Assembly (NCBI GenBank): GCA_009602735.1
Contig: WELA01000485.1
Span: 1-64,000 of the forward strand
Length of the DNA: 64,000 nucleotides
Source: Mesotaenium endlicherianum
Taxonomy: Eukaryota
Direction: 5' to 3'
Below, piece after piece: positions 13,101 to 24,362 of the stretch. Positions within the stretch are counted from its first letter, which is position 1, and each line of letters opens with the position of its first letter. The translations under genes and the position numbers were made by a program. The notes beneath the pieces are model-generated. The model saw only the letters and a program-made list of their open reading frames with translations. It was not told the origin of the DNA and did no database searches.

Positions 13101-13409
13101 GTAAAAATGGTTTGCTCGGAAGAGGCAAACTACGGACTGCTAGACTGTTGTATGAATGACCGGTATCCAGGCCATTATGACCTCATCATGCAACGCGAAG
13201 AGGAGGGCTACACCAGCGTCAACATGCCGACTCCCTTGGTTTGGCAACCTCAGATTATGGAGCAACTGGAAGCTGTGAGTAACAGGGACCGTGGCCCGCA
13301 AGAGCTGTTACCAGTTCCCTATTCAATTAAGTCTGCTGCCAATCTGATGCCTGGAGTAGACCCGCTGCCGCAAGGCATTGTGAGGATGGAGGATCCTTTT
13401 CGCAGGAAA

Positions 13410-13990
13410 GGAGTAGTAGTCCTGGAATTGTTCGCCGGACTTGGTTCTGGAACCATCTCACTGATTCAGCGAGTTATCTAGGTATCCAAAGTGCTGTATG
13501 TGAACAATGATGCGGGTGCTTTCACAGCATTTAAGGAGGTCATGAGTCAGATGCGGCAAATGTACCATTTCAAGGCGTTGGTTCCTACTAAATCTAGGAT
13601 AGTGCGTCTTGCTGAAGGGAACATTCTCAATGTGAAGTCCGAGGACCTGTATGGTTACAGGATTGACTGGATCTTTGCGGGATTCCCTTGTCAACCTTTC
13701 TCGCAAGCTGGGAACAGGAGGGAATTCAATGACCCGCGAGCACGACACTAGGGATGGATGGTGAAAATCATCAGTATGCTGCGGGAACGCCAGCATCTCT
13801 ACCCACCAGTGTTTGTGATTGAGAATGTACACCCAGGGATGGATTATAACCAGATGAAGTCAGGAGATCCATGGCTCATCTTTGACTCCACCCTGGGTCA
13901 TCATGTATTGATCAACGACGCTGGGAAGATATTCGGCAACATGATTGGGCATCACTCCATGACATGGTTGGTGGAGACGATTATGACTTG
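13410..13990 (+). pseudogene. A1 C5-cytosine DNA methyltransferase domain (stops; 393-bp internal deletion)
   Basis: Motif I VLELFAGLGSG, motif IV FAGFPCQPFSQAG, motif VI VIENV, motif X KIFGNMI; motifs VIII-IX are deleted relative to A2. Confidence 0.9.
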
Positions 13991-15840
13991 GCAGCAGATG
14001 ACGTTCTCTGACATGCCTATGCCCAGGCCGAGACCAGTAACAATTGGAGTCCATGCGATGCAAACCTCTGATCATAGAGCTATCAGAGAAGCGCATCGGC
14101 GACAAGAAGAACATGGTATTGAAAGGGACGCAGCTGAGGCTGACCAAGAAGAAACACTCAGAGAAACCACAGTGGTGGAGCTGACCAGGTCAAGACCTAT
14201 TGGCGCGAATTGACAATCGGATGGCGGCTCTACACGACCCTTTGGAAAGAGAGCTGCGAAGGCTGCGAGAAGACGTAGCCATGGAAGACCAGGCAACCGA
14301 TGCAGCAAACCCTTTGGGGAGCGCTGCAGTAAGCAAATCACAGGAGGCCCCATTATCTGCAGAATGCTCCAGCCAAATTTTTGTGAGGGCGCCGGAATGG
14401 GAGGACGTTACCTCTTCTAAGTTACGGAATATGACCCCAGACCAGGTCTACGGAAGCCCATCCCCAGATGCGGTAACGTCAAGATATGAAGAACGCCAGT
14501 GCAATATTGACTAATGGGCCGAAGAATGCAGTCAGAATTCAGGAAATTCTGGAGGGTCTGAAAAGACCATTTGCCTGGAGGTGATTTTTGAAGAACGCAG
14601 GAAGGAGACGGTCGAGAGATTGCCCGCCACACCTGTTTTGATGAGCCCAGAGCCAGAGGCCAAAGGGCAACCACAAGACACAGTTACCAGCACAGCTGAG
14701 TCGATCACCAGGCAAATCATGGAGCAGTTGCTGGAAGCAGACGCCCCTCCACTCAAGGAAGAGAAAGTGGCGAAAGCAGCTCGCGCTCTACAGTCAGCCA
14801 TCATCAACATGGCGAGGCTCAACACAGGAGGGGATGAAGAACCGCCGCCTCCTGGAACCGAGAAGCCGGAGGAGGGAGAGGATGCAGAGATGCAAGACCT
14901 CCCAGAGTTTGCGTTACCATCACTCAACAATGGAGTGGAAGCCAGGGAAGAAGTTCCACGTTTTCCCACGCCAGAGTTGGATCTGCTTGACTTGCAGGAG
15001 CTGAGGACAGACGACTGGGTAGCTGACCACCTGATGGGGCCAAGCCTGGCAGACCTTTATGAAGAACTAAGGTCACCAACATCCAGTACCTCTACTGTCA
15101 GTCTTTCAGTAGCAGAGCCCAAGTCAACCGCACGACCGCCGCAACGGCAGGAGGTGACTACCTGCATTGCTAAAGGGGAGACAGCGCAAGTTAAGCCCGA
15201 GGGTCGCGCAAGCAGACCAAGGAAGGTGGCCCGTGAGGGTAACGCATCTTTTAGGAGGATGCTAAAGCGATATTTCAAGCATAAGGGGAAGGCTCAGAGA
15301 GAGGGCGTTCCGCGTGGAACCATAGCCCCACCCCCTCCGCCTCTGCGGGATATTCTGCAGAGAGAGGGAGAGGACGGCTTGATTCGCAGGGCAATGGCAT
15401 TGGGCATCAGTATGCCGCTAGGCATTAACACGCCCTTGTTGCAACTATCAGATCTTAGGATGCAGAGGCCGGAGGCACCTGCTCCCATGACACCTGCAAT
15501 CCCATAATGGAAACTGATGGATCTGAGAAACACCATCAGCCGCTTGACCGCAGCAGATGATGCTTTCCTCGCACAACTTGCGGCACCTCAAAGGCTGCAA
15601 ACGTTGGCGCAGGCATGGACGGTCACACCACCCGCAAGAGAGGAGTATGGCACGACCGTCGCCCGCAAGGCTAGTATTGAGCGAAAGTGGGGCTGGGTAA
15701 TCAGCCCTAGGACAGATCCTGCAGGTTGGCCAGTGGCAAACCAACCTCGGCCACGTGAAGAAGGAGGAACCGGGACCAGTTGGACTGCAGTCGACGAAGA
15801 AATGTTCCTGAGGCAACCCATCCGGAGGCGCTTGACGTAC

Positions 15841-16783
15841 TGTAACGATCCGAGCTATTTTAGGCGTATTTGGGACGTTTTTCCAATTATCTAAAGTACA
15901 TTATACTATTTATCATATTATTTGATAAATGATTGCATCATATTTAATTATTCGCCACACGTGTGTGCCGATTAATTCCTGGTCGATTGGCGAAACGACC
16001 GAGATACAATTGCAAAAAGCGTCGTAACGTAACTCGACTACTTCGCAAAAGTACGACATAATTATTCATAAAGTTACTTTGATTAATTATGAGATGATAA
16101 CTCATTAAATCATTGATTGATTAAGTTGATTTGATTGTCATTATTTCGACAATGCACAATCACAGATTTCGAATTTACGACCAGTCGTTAATACGAACAA
16201 ACCGTCGTATCAAGATACGAACAAACCGTCGTAAAGACAAACGAAACGAAATATGCAAAGTCGCTTTGCATCGACGCGGATTCGAACCCGCGACTTGTCG
16301 TTTGAAACGTTCACACCTAAACCAATTGGCCAAGTAGTTACTCGTAAGTCCTGGTTCATGACGTAATGATTTGAACGCGACTCCGCGAACAGTCGCGACT
16401 TTTCGAAAAGTCGCGAGAACGCGAAAACGCCCGTTTGGCGCGAACCGGTTTTCTGAAAACCATTGAAAAGTCTCCAAACCGCCAAACGGCGCGTTTCGAG
16501 CATTCGGCCGAATGGGACACGTCCCTTCGACCGTTTTCGTTGAACATGAACCAGTGCCCTAGGTGGTGACTCGAAGCACTCCAGTGCCTCATGTTGTGCA
16601 GGTATAAATACTTGTAGAGTCATCGTGAGTGCAACTCTCACAAGCACACATTCTACGTTAGTTTACATTTTCGCTCTTTCGAGTATTCGTCGATTTGCAC
16701 ATTTATACAAATATTCCTTCCACTTGAATTAAATATTCCTTGAATACCGAGGAAAGATCCTCTCGAAAAGCAGAAACGTAACA
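15841..16783 (+). mobile_element. Solo LTR of family C (943 bp), TSD CGTAC
   Basis: TGTAACG...CGTAACA; reverse complement of 55546-56488 and 61525-62507; CGTAC at 15836 and 16784; single CGTAC at the A2 empty site (~54002). Confidence 0.96.
16268..16339 (-). other. tRNA-like Pol III A-box/B-box unit within LTR C
   Basis: TGGCCAATTGG, 33 nt, then GGTTCGAATCC inside a CGCGG/CCGCG stem; acceptor stem does not pair. Confidence 0.6.
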
Positions 16784-17050
16784 CGTACACCTCATCGCAA
16801 GAGAGGCGACGCGTCATTGGGAAAGGTAATAAGCCTAGGAAACAGGCTGCAGAGCCTATGGCAACGGAGGAGCAAGCTGCAAAGCCTGCTACCCCACCTC
16901 TTAAGAATCAGGCAGAAAAGCCTGAGAGCCAGAATCAGGCAGAAAAGCCCGAGGGCCAGGATGAGGGCGGAAAGCCCCCACCTGCACCCAAGAAGTAGCA
17001 ACTACTGGATGCCTTTGTTGGGGAGAAGCAACTTGAAACTGAGACTTTTG

Positions 17051-18159
17051 CCATTGGGAAAATGGTCTCAGCCCAGCAGAGAGCACAAGTAGAAAGGTTG
17101 CTAAAGAAACACCGCAAGGTGTTTGCTTTTACAAAGGAGGAGATTGGTAGAACCACTGCCAGTGTGTGTGAGATCACACTAACTACTGATAACCCAGATT
17201 GACTTGGGCCGCATAAGCTCAGTCAGACAGAGTGGGACTGTGCGGAAAAAACTTGCTGAAGAGCTGCATAAGCTCCGCATGATTGAAAAATTCACCTCAG
17301 TGCATGGGGCTCCCACAATAGTAGTCGCTAAAAAGGACGAGGCCGGCAATTACATTGCCACTCGTATGTGTGGAAATTAGAGGCGACTGAATCTCTACAC
17401 TGAGCCAGACAGCTATGTGATGCCTACGCCGGAGCGGATCTTTGCGATTGCCATCACCGGGAAGGTGTTCAGCATCATCAATCTGCGCCAAGGCTTCAAC
17501 CAGATCCCTGTGAAAACAGAAGATCAAGGTAAGATCGCTTTCTTGGCTCAAAGGGAACTTTGGCAATGGACAGTAATGCTATTTGGGCTGAAAAATGCCC
17601 CAGCCATATTTCAGAGGACTATGGATAAAGTGCTGGAGGGGCTGGATTTTGCTAAGCCATACATTGACGATGTGGTAGTATTCAGCGAGTCCATAGAGGA
17701 GCACCCCGAGCACTTGGAACAAGTGTTCCAGCGCCTGGAGAAATTCCAGATGAAGCTGCATCCTGGGAAGTGCAAATTCTTTAAGGCACATGTGCCTTAC
17801 CTAGGACATGAGATTGGGAACAATGCTATGTCCCCTCAGGCTGTGAAGACTGAGGCCATTTACAAGATACCTGCACCTGCGAATGTGTCTAAGTTGAAAG
17901 CTCTGTTAGGGCTAAGCGGATACTATCGTAAGTTTGTGAAGGATTATAGCAGAATTGCTAAACCCCTGACGGAACTCCTGAAAAAAGATGTGCCTTTTGC
18001 GTGGACAGAAGCTCAGGATAAAGCCATGAACGAGCTTAAGGAGCGGCTGGTAACAGCCCCAGTCTTGCAAACGCCTGACTACTTCAAGCCGTTCAATCTG
18101 CACACTCACTGGAGTCATGTGGGAATTGGCGCAGTGCTCACTCAGGCCGCAAGCCCTAG
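17051..18159 (+). pseudogene. pol: A1 reverse transcriptase and start of RNase H
   Basis: RMCGN*RRLN, MLFGLKNAPAIFQR, PYIDDVVVFS, GYYRKFVKDYS; cut by element D at 18160. Confidence 0.92.
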
Positions 18160-19473
18160 TGTAATGAATCAGTTCGTTATTTATTTAATTAATCGCATAC
18201 CTAAATATAACACTAAATAAGTATTATGTCTATATACTCACATGTGCGAGTTCATCTAGATGAATGTATGTCGATGTAATGCGAGTTTACTTACTTTGTC
18301 AAAAGGTCAGCAAGATGACTTTTGTACCATAGTGTAGTTTGCTGACTTTGTTGAAAAGGTCAGCAGGATGACTTTTGTATCATAGTGTGGTTTGCTGACA
18401 TTGTTGAAAAGGTCAGCAGGATGACTTTTGTATCATAGTATAGTTTGCTGAGATTTATATATCATTTATATACAGGATATAATATCAGTAGGTTGACATA
18501 TAGTAAGCTCGCTTGATATTAGTCAATATACTTAGCTTCAGTACGCTGAGGATAGACATATTCATTTAGATTGTTATTTGTAGATTGGCACATGTGACCG
18601 AAGTATACTGAAAGTCGGGAGGTCGACTGAGATTCGGTAAACCGATGTCCTACCAGTGTGGTTAACTCCTGGGTAGGCGGAGCCGTCGTCAGTCAACTGA
18701 ACAGTTAGGACTTCAGTCAACCGACCAATTAATATGGTCGTTATACCTAGATCCGTAAGTCCCAACTTAACGGGTTTCCCACGAAACGGCGCACCTTGCG
18801 CCGTGGTCAGCCAGGTGGTCACTAGGTACATAGCAGGCTGGGATCTCGTGGTCCCGCATTCTGGACAGTAGGCTTTACAGTCGGATTTCTACTTGCAAGT
18901 GATGTGTGCACTTTTTGGGTTCGTTCTAATGACCAGCCTTCACGGAAATTGCCATGGCTGCTTCGTTTGCGCTTCATTTGGAGCGAACTAGGACTTTTCG
19001 GAAAGGTCTCGTCAAGATGCATCCGTTGCCGTTAAGTTTGCTCAATTTGGAGTAGTATTGACAGAGTTATGCCCTCTGACATTTCGGGGTCACACAGCGG
19101 ACAGATTCCATGGTTTTTGCACCTAAGTCAGTGGGATGTGTTTGAGCTACTTTATGGTCATCTGAATGAGAGCGCCTTTGCTATTCAGTCCCCTGATGTT
19201 GTGTATGTGCTTACACATGCTTGTATGCCTGGTAGCTAGAAGTCAAGAGTTTCTGAAGGAGAAGCTCTAGTCCTCAAGCTCGCCTCTTTCTCGTGCCTTG
19301 TATTCGTGTGCAACTATGGCACACTACAATAAGTGAGTCAAGGGCTATAGATGAGTAAACGGAAGTCATTATAAGGGCGAAGATCGCTCCCTGATTTCAC
19401 ACGCTTCCACCTATCTCTGATCTTTTATATTTAAATGAAATATATTAATCTTGAATAAGCAAGATTCATTTCA
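18160..19473 (+). repeat. Element D 5' LTR
   Basis: TGTAATGAATC...GATTCATTTCA followed by G-TGGTATCGGAGC; three 53-bp tandem units at ~18297-18450. Confidence 0.94.
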
Positions 19474-22091
19474 GTGGTATCGGAGCTAAGTCCTTTCTTG
19501 AATGTCCGTGCTTGTCTTCTTTGTCTCATGAGGTAAATGTGTGAGGCTTACTTGTGTGGTATGATGAGTCTAGGTGGAGCTTGGGAAGTGTATGATGTAG
19601 AGCATTGCACATCCTGTCCAGGATCCTTCCACTTGCTCACCTAGTGTGTCTCTTGGCTCAATGTACTATGCGGCATACTAACTTGACTTTCCTAGCCTCT
19701 TGTGTACAGTTACACGCAACGAGAAGCCTGAAGTGGAGGCTTGATGGAAGAGGTGTCTGCAAGCATCAAGGGCAGCATCAAGGGAGTTGCATCATAGCAA
19801 GCTGGATATGACTCATTTACCTCACTTGATCATAGTCGTTGTGTGTTGTTATATGCAATCCACGGCTAGTATAGAGAGGGGTGTGCACTCCAGCGGTGCT
19901 AGAGGACTTGTTAGTCTGTTGTGCTAACCCTTTGGGTTTAAGCTTGTTGCTTTGCAAGAGACGTACCTCTCTTATTATGTGTGTGGTAGCTAGGTTGAGG
20001 GAGCTTGGGTATGGCTGCATGTGTGGAGCAATTGAGACAGTGCGTGCACACATGATTTACTAACTTACGTTTCCAAGTATGGATTACGACAGGTTTTCGT
20101 CGCCACGATCCAAGTGCACTACGTCGTCCACAAGCTTCAGCATGCTGCAACTTCTCTGAGAAGAGGCTTTTACAGCAACAATGGCATCCTACAGATACCC
20201 TCTACTCCCAACCATGGCTGTGACATTGTGTGCTCCTCTCGTTTGCCACTTTGACGTGGGCTGGAAGGTTTAGGGTATGTGCCTTGTGCTTGAAAGCTAT
20301 GTGTGAGACGGTGCTTTGGTGGTACTTGATGAGATCGTAGGAGCTTGGAGTTGAAGCTTAAGATAAGTCTAGTCAGTGTGCAGAGGTTTTTGAATGCGGA
20401 TCTTATGTGATTGCTGACTTAGGTTAAGTCAGTCTGCTGGATTACTTGACCTAATGTGGTTAAAGGGTTTAAGGGCTTGGGTTTATGGACGCAAGGACTT
20501 TTCTTTAACTCTCTTTAGTTTGCATGACTTTTTAAAGGTTAAGTGTCCGAGAGCAGCCGCGATCAATGAGTACTTTGAGTGCTTGAGCTGAACGAGCTCT
20601 TGGTGTCGCCATGCTTGGCGCGTGACATCTCTTACCGTGGGATTGTGGCTCGTTGGAGCTAGCGAGATAATCAGATAAGATGAGCATATCGAGACTTAGG
20701 TCTGTACGGTGTGTTGACTGACGTATGGAAAGTCAACGTGGATACTAGAGGGGGTTTGACTACTTGCCTTAGGTCCAGTTGGCAATTTGTTCTTGGATGC
20801 CACCTGTACACTTGGTCAAGTGTAAGGAGGTTTGTGTCTTCGTCATAGGGACGAACTGGGCATATTAGCAGTGTGCTAAGTCTTTGCCGGCCTTGCAGCT
20901 GACTGAGCTCGCTAGAGGCGCATGCTAGGTAGCATGCAAGATGCATTTGTATATGCGTCAGGTGCATGGAATTTGCATCCCGGGTGCTAGAGGTAGTGGA
21001 TCGCCGTTAGCATACCGTAGAGCAGGTGTAAAATGGGCCCTGCTGTAATAGATTCACTATGCACACCTAAGTAAAGACAGAAGAGACCATCGACATTATA
21101 GACGTTCTCGCAATGCATGGCTTGAATGATCTTGTTCAGTCCGATGCACAAACATTCTTCTTGCTAGCTTGGGGTTACAGTGCGAAAGTCTTACCAGGGA
21201 TCTATGCACGCTGTTGTCATTGGCTTGCTAGGTGCTTGCTGCAATTACAATAGGTGCCATGTATGTGCCTTTAGAGAGGAACTCGGTTTTGAGCTATACT
21301 GCGTTTGCCCATTGTCATTGGTTGAGTCTTTGTGATCCCAATGTTTGCCTTACCCTCCCGGGAACTATGTAAGATGGAGTCATCAGATCTTGAGTAGACT
21401 GATGCAGCTAGGGTGTGGTGTTTGCCACGCGTAGCTTAAGCTCATTGAAGGCAACTTACACACTTGTTTGTTGTCTGTTCAACAGACTGAGACCAGCAAG
21501 CAGAGTGTGAAGCGATGGTGCATACAGGTCGAGAGAGGCCGAGGAGTTGGCATGCTGGACGCTGCCACGTGACGCTTCCCCACCTGTCCTCTGGGCAACT
21601 TCAGGCAGTAAGGCCTGAAGGAGGGAGTATCTTGAAACATCAGAACTATGATACAGTTGGTTGTTTTTGATCCCTCTTCTCTTTGATTGTTGACTCTCAC
21701 CATTGGGTGGTTGTCATTTTGGTGTATGTCTTGCTAGGGAATGACCAGTATGAGTCATTGTATGTGAGCATTGGTAGAGTCAGCTAACTAAGCTACTTCT
21801 TGGTATGGATAAACTTGCTAATAGGGCCGGTTGTCTTCATCTCATAGCAAGCTATCTACACTCTCGAATGGAGGGATGTAATACGCTGGCTTGACTTTGG
21901 GTTATTCATGGATACAGCTTTGTGGTGAGAGGGTTTGAATGGCAGTACACTCTTCCCTATGCCACTCCGGTCATTGATCTAATCTTGAAAAATGGACTAC
22001 TTTTTTTTTGGGAGGGGGGGACTTACTTTCTTTCTTGCTTACTTGAGTGTTTGCACTTTGCGTCCTCTCTCGGTATTCCTTCGTTGATTCT

Positions 22092-22811
22092 TGTAATGAA
22101 TCAGTATATTGGCTGACATAATATTCATTTAAATATAATAGTTAATTAAGTTCAGCCTGCTGAAGTCTAGTTAATGATCAACCTGCTCGACTATATATAA
22201 ATATCAGTTTAATGACTCGGCCCGAGGTAGCAGGCTAAGGTCACCTTAAGTCAGCTTGCTGACACATTCTTTGACAGCCAGCTGACTTCCGTACTCAGTA
22301 GCAGCGAACTGCCTCGATATGCATCTAAGTGTGGTATGCTAGATGCATGGCCAGATGACATCCCTATGATGGATGGCGATTCGGGATGATGGGAGATGGA
22401 GGTGGATTTGGTTAACCGAGGTCCTACCAACGTGGTTAACTCCCGGGTAGGCGGTGCCATCGCACTGACCGTTGAACAGTAAACTCATTCCATGTACATA
22501 TGCTAGGCATTGCTCTCGAGTTCGGCATTCGGAAACGAGGCCAACTCTCTTGTACAGCTTACTGAGAGAGATCTGAATCCAAGGCGAGAAGCCATTGATA
22601 CGCACTGTCTTCTAACCTTGCTTATGTATGAGTTTACTGATTTGCATTATTGATGCTAGTTCACTCGCATTTGACTTACGAGTATTATTCACTGCTAGTG
22701 TGTTGTCCTTTGCCGTTTGACCAATTAACGGAAAATACCATAAAGATTACTTGCTGATATAAAGATCTTTATTAATTGTTAATTGCCTATCTGGTAAGGC
22801 GATTCATTTCA
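22092..22811 (+). repeat. E1 5' LTR
   Basis: TG...CA, near-identical to 30243-30963, PBS follows. Confidence 0.95.
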
Positions 22812-22845
22812 GTGGTATCGGAGCTTTAATCACAGTCTTCTTTGT

Positions 22846-24362
22846 ATGGTAAGGACAAGGTCTCAAACTAGCAACTCCCGAGACATGGAGAACCAGGATA
22901 ACGAGAATGTCAAAAACCAGGCGGAAAGCCATGTAGCGGGAAACCGTACCTATTCGGAAGCAGTAGCGGATACTGCAGCTAGGGAGGCTGCAGATGAGGC
23001 AGCTGCTATTGCCTCAGTCGCAGCTCAGCAAGCTGAGGAGGAGATAGCCAGACTAGAAGCTGAACAAGTAGCAAAGGCCGCTGAAGATATACAAAGGAGG
23101 GAAGGACAGCCAGCTGACGAGCGCACTGTTGAAGAACTTATGGCATCAAGGGCCAATGTTCTGAACCCACCTCCTGCCGTACAACTCAATGTACCCCTAG
23201 GTCAAATACGTGACCGGCTGAATGCGGCAGGAATTGCTGCTGCAGGAGCAAGAGGGATTGTTGAGGACACTACTCAGCGAGTAGATGCCAATGCTGCTGC
23301 TGCATTTGCTAATCTACCACCCCAAAATGTAGACTTGGGAGCATTGTTCGTTCAGATGCAGTCGCAAATGGCGACCATGTATCAGTCCCAGCAGGAGGAC
23401 AAAAGAATCATAATGTCCCTACTCCGGGACAGAGACCAACTGGGGTCTCACACCACTAGTGGTGGTGGCCGAGGGCCTAGTAAGCCCAAGCCGAAACCTC
23501 CCCAGGACTATGATCCTGAGGGAAACAGAAAATATTACCTGATCAAGTTTCTCGCGGATGTTGAGCAGTGGCTGGAGAACTACCCAGAACTGCAAGATTA
23601 CGAGAAGGTCAGGCACACCGGTGCGCTACTGAAAGGCAGTGCCGCAGACTGGTGGCTTTACTGGAAGGAAGAGCGTAAGGCTCGGCAACTCGGTGACCCT
23701 ACGTGGGTAGAGTTTGTCGAGAAGTTGCATGAGAAGTTTGATGTCATCAACCAGCAGGAGAAAGCTATCTATGCGATGATCTCCCTGACACTGAAGCAGA
23801 CCACATCAGTTGCTGAGTTTGCTCAAAAGTTCCAGGAGAACATGATGAAGCAGCCAGATTTGCCAGAACGGTATAGGATAGCATACTTCAGGTATGGCTT
23901 GAAATCCGAGGTCTCTGGTCATTTTGCTGAGAAAAAGTATGAGAAACTTGCTGACTTGATCCAGGATGCTGATGCCTGGGATCAGCAGCAGTTCAATCAT
24001 AAGCGCCAGAGTAATGCTTTGGTGTCTAAGGTTGTCAAAAAGCCACACGGTTCCTACAATGCAATTGAGGGAGACCAGGCTGAGGATGATCAGGGTGATG
24101 GATACGAGTATGAGTATAATGCCATACAGTCTAGAGGTAGACGTGGTATAAGTACAATGCTATTCAGTCTAGAGGTAGAGGCGGTCTCTCTCGAGGTGGC
24201 TATGGAAGGGGTGGTGGTAGGACTAAGCCGAGACCAGCCTCAGCAAAATCCACTTGCTACCATTGTCAACAGAAAAGTCACTACAGAGAACAGTGTCCGA
24301 TCAAGCACCTGCCCAAGGTCGAGAGAAAAGACCAGCCTTTAAAAGACAGCAACAGTCAGTAA
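22846..24362 (+). pseudogene. gag: E1 gag (frameshifted before the zinc knuckle by a 38-bp duplication)
   Basis: MVRTRS start, LLKGSAADWW, LKQTTSVAEF; knuckle [14 protein letters not shown] lies in another frame, whereas the frame is continuous in E2. Confidence 0.9.

Larger units (their letters stand above)
13991..17050 (+). pseudogene. A1 long Pro/Glu-rich linker region of the polyprotein (interrupted by solo LTR C)
   Basis: ORFs 14200-14514, 14581-15507 and 15517-15840 are conserved in A2 (52360-54270); no recognisable domain. Confidence 0.65.

Noticed and set aside
16131..16647. ORFs recurring in LTRs (C, D, E, and the A 5' region)
   Set aside because: They recur only because the LTRs are repeated; no protein-like features
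18297..18450. CRISPR-like array
   Set aside because: Contiguous tandem units with no unique spacers, inside a eukaryotic LTR
18540..18790. Hammerhead ribozyme or Cassandra-type 5S domain in LTR D/E
   Set aside because: CTGANGA-like words lack a correctly placed GAAA and stems and are not shared with E; the 5S resemblance is limited to CTCCTGGG with wrong box spacing
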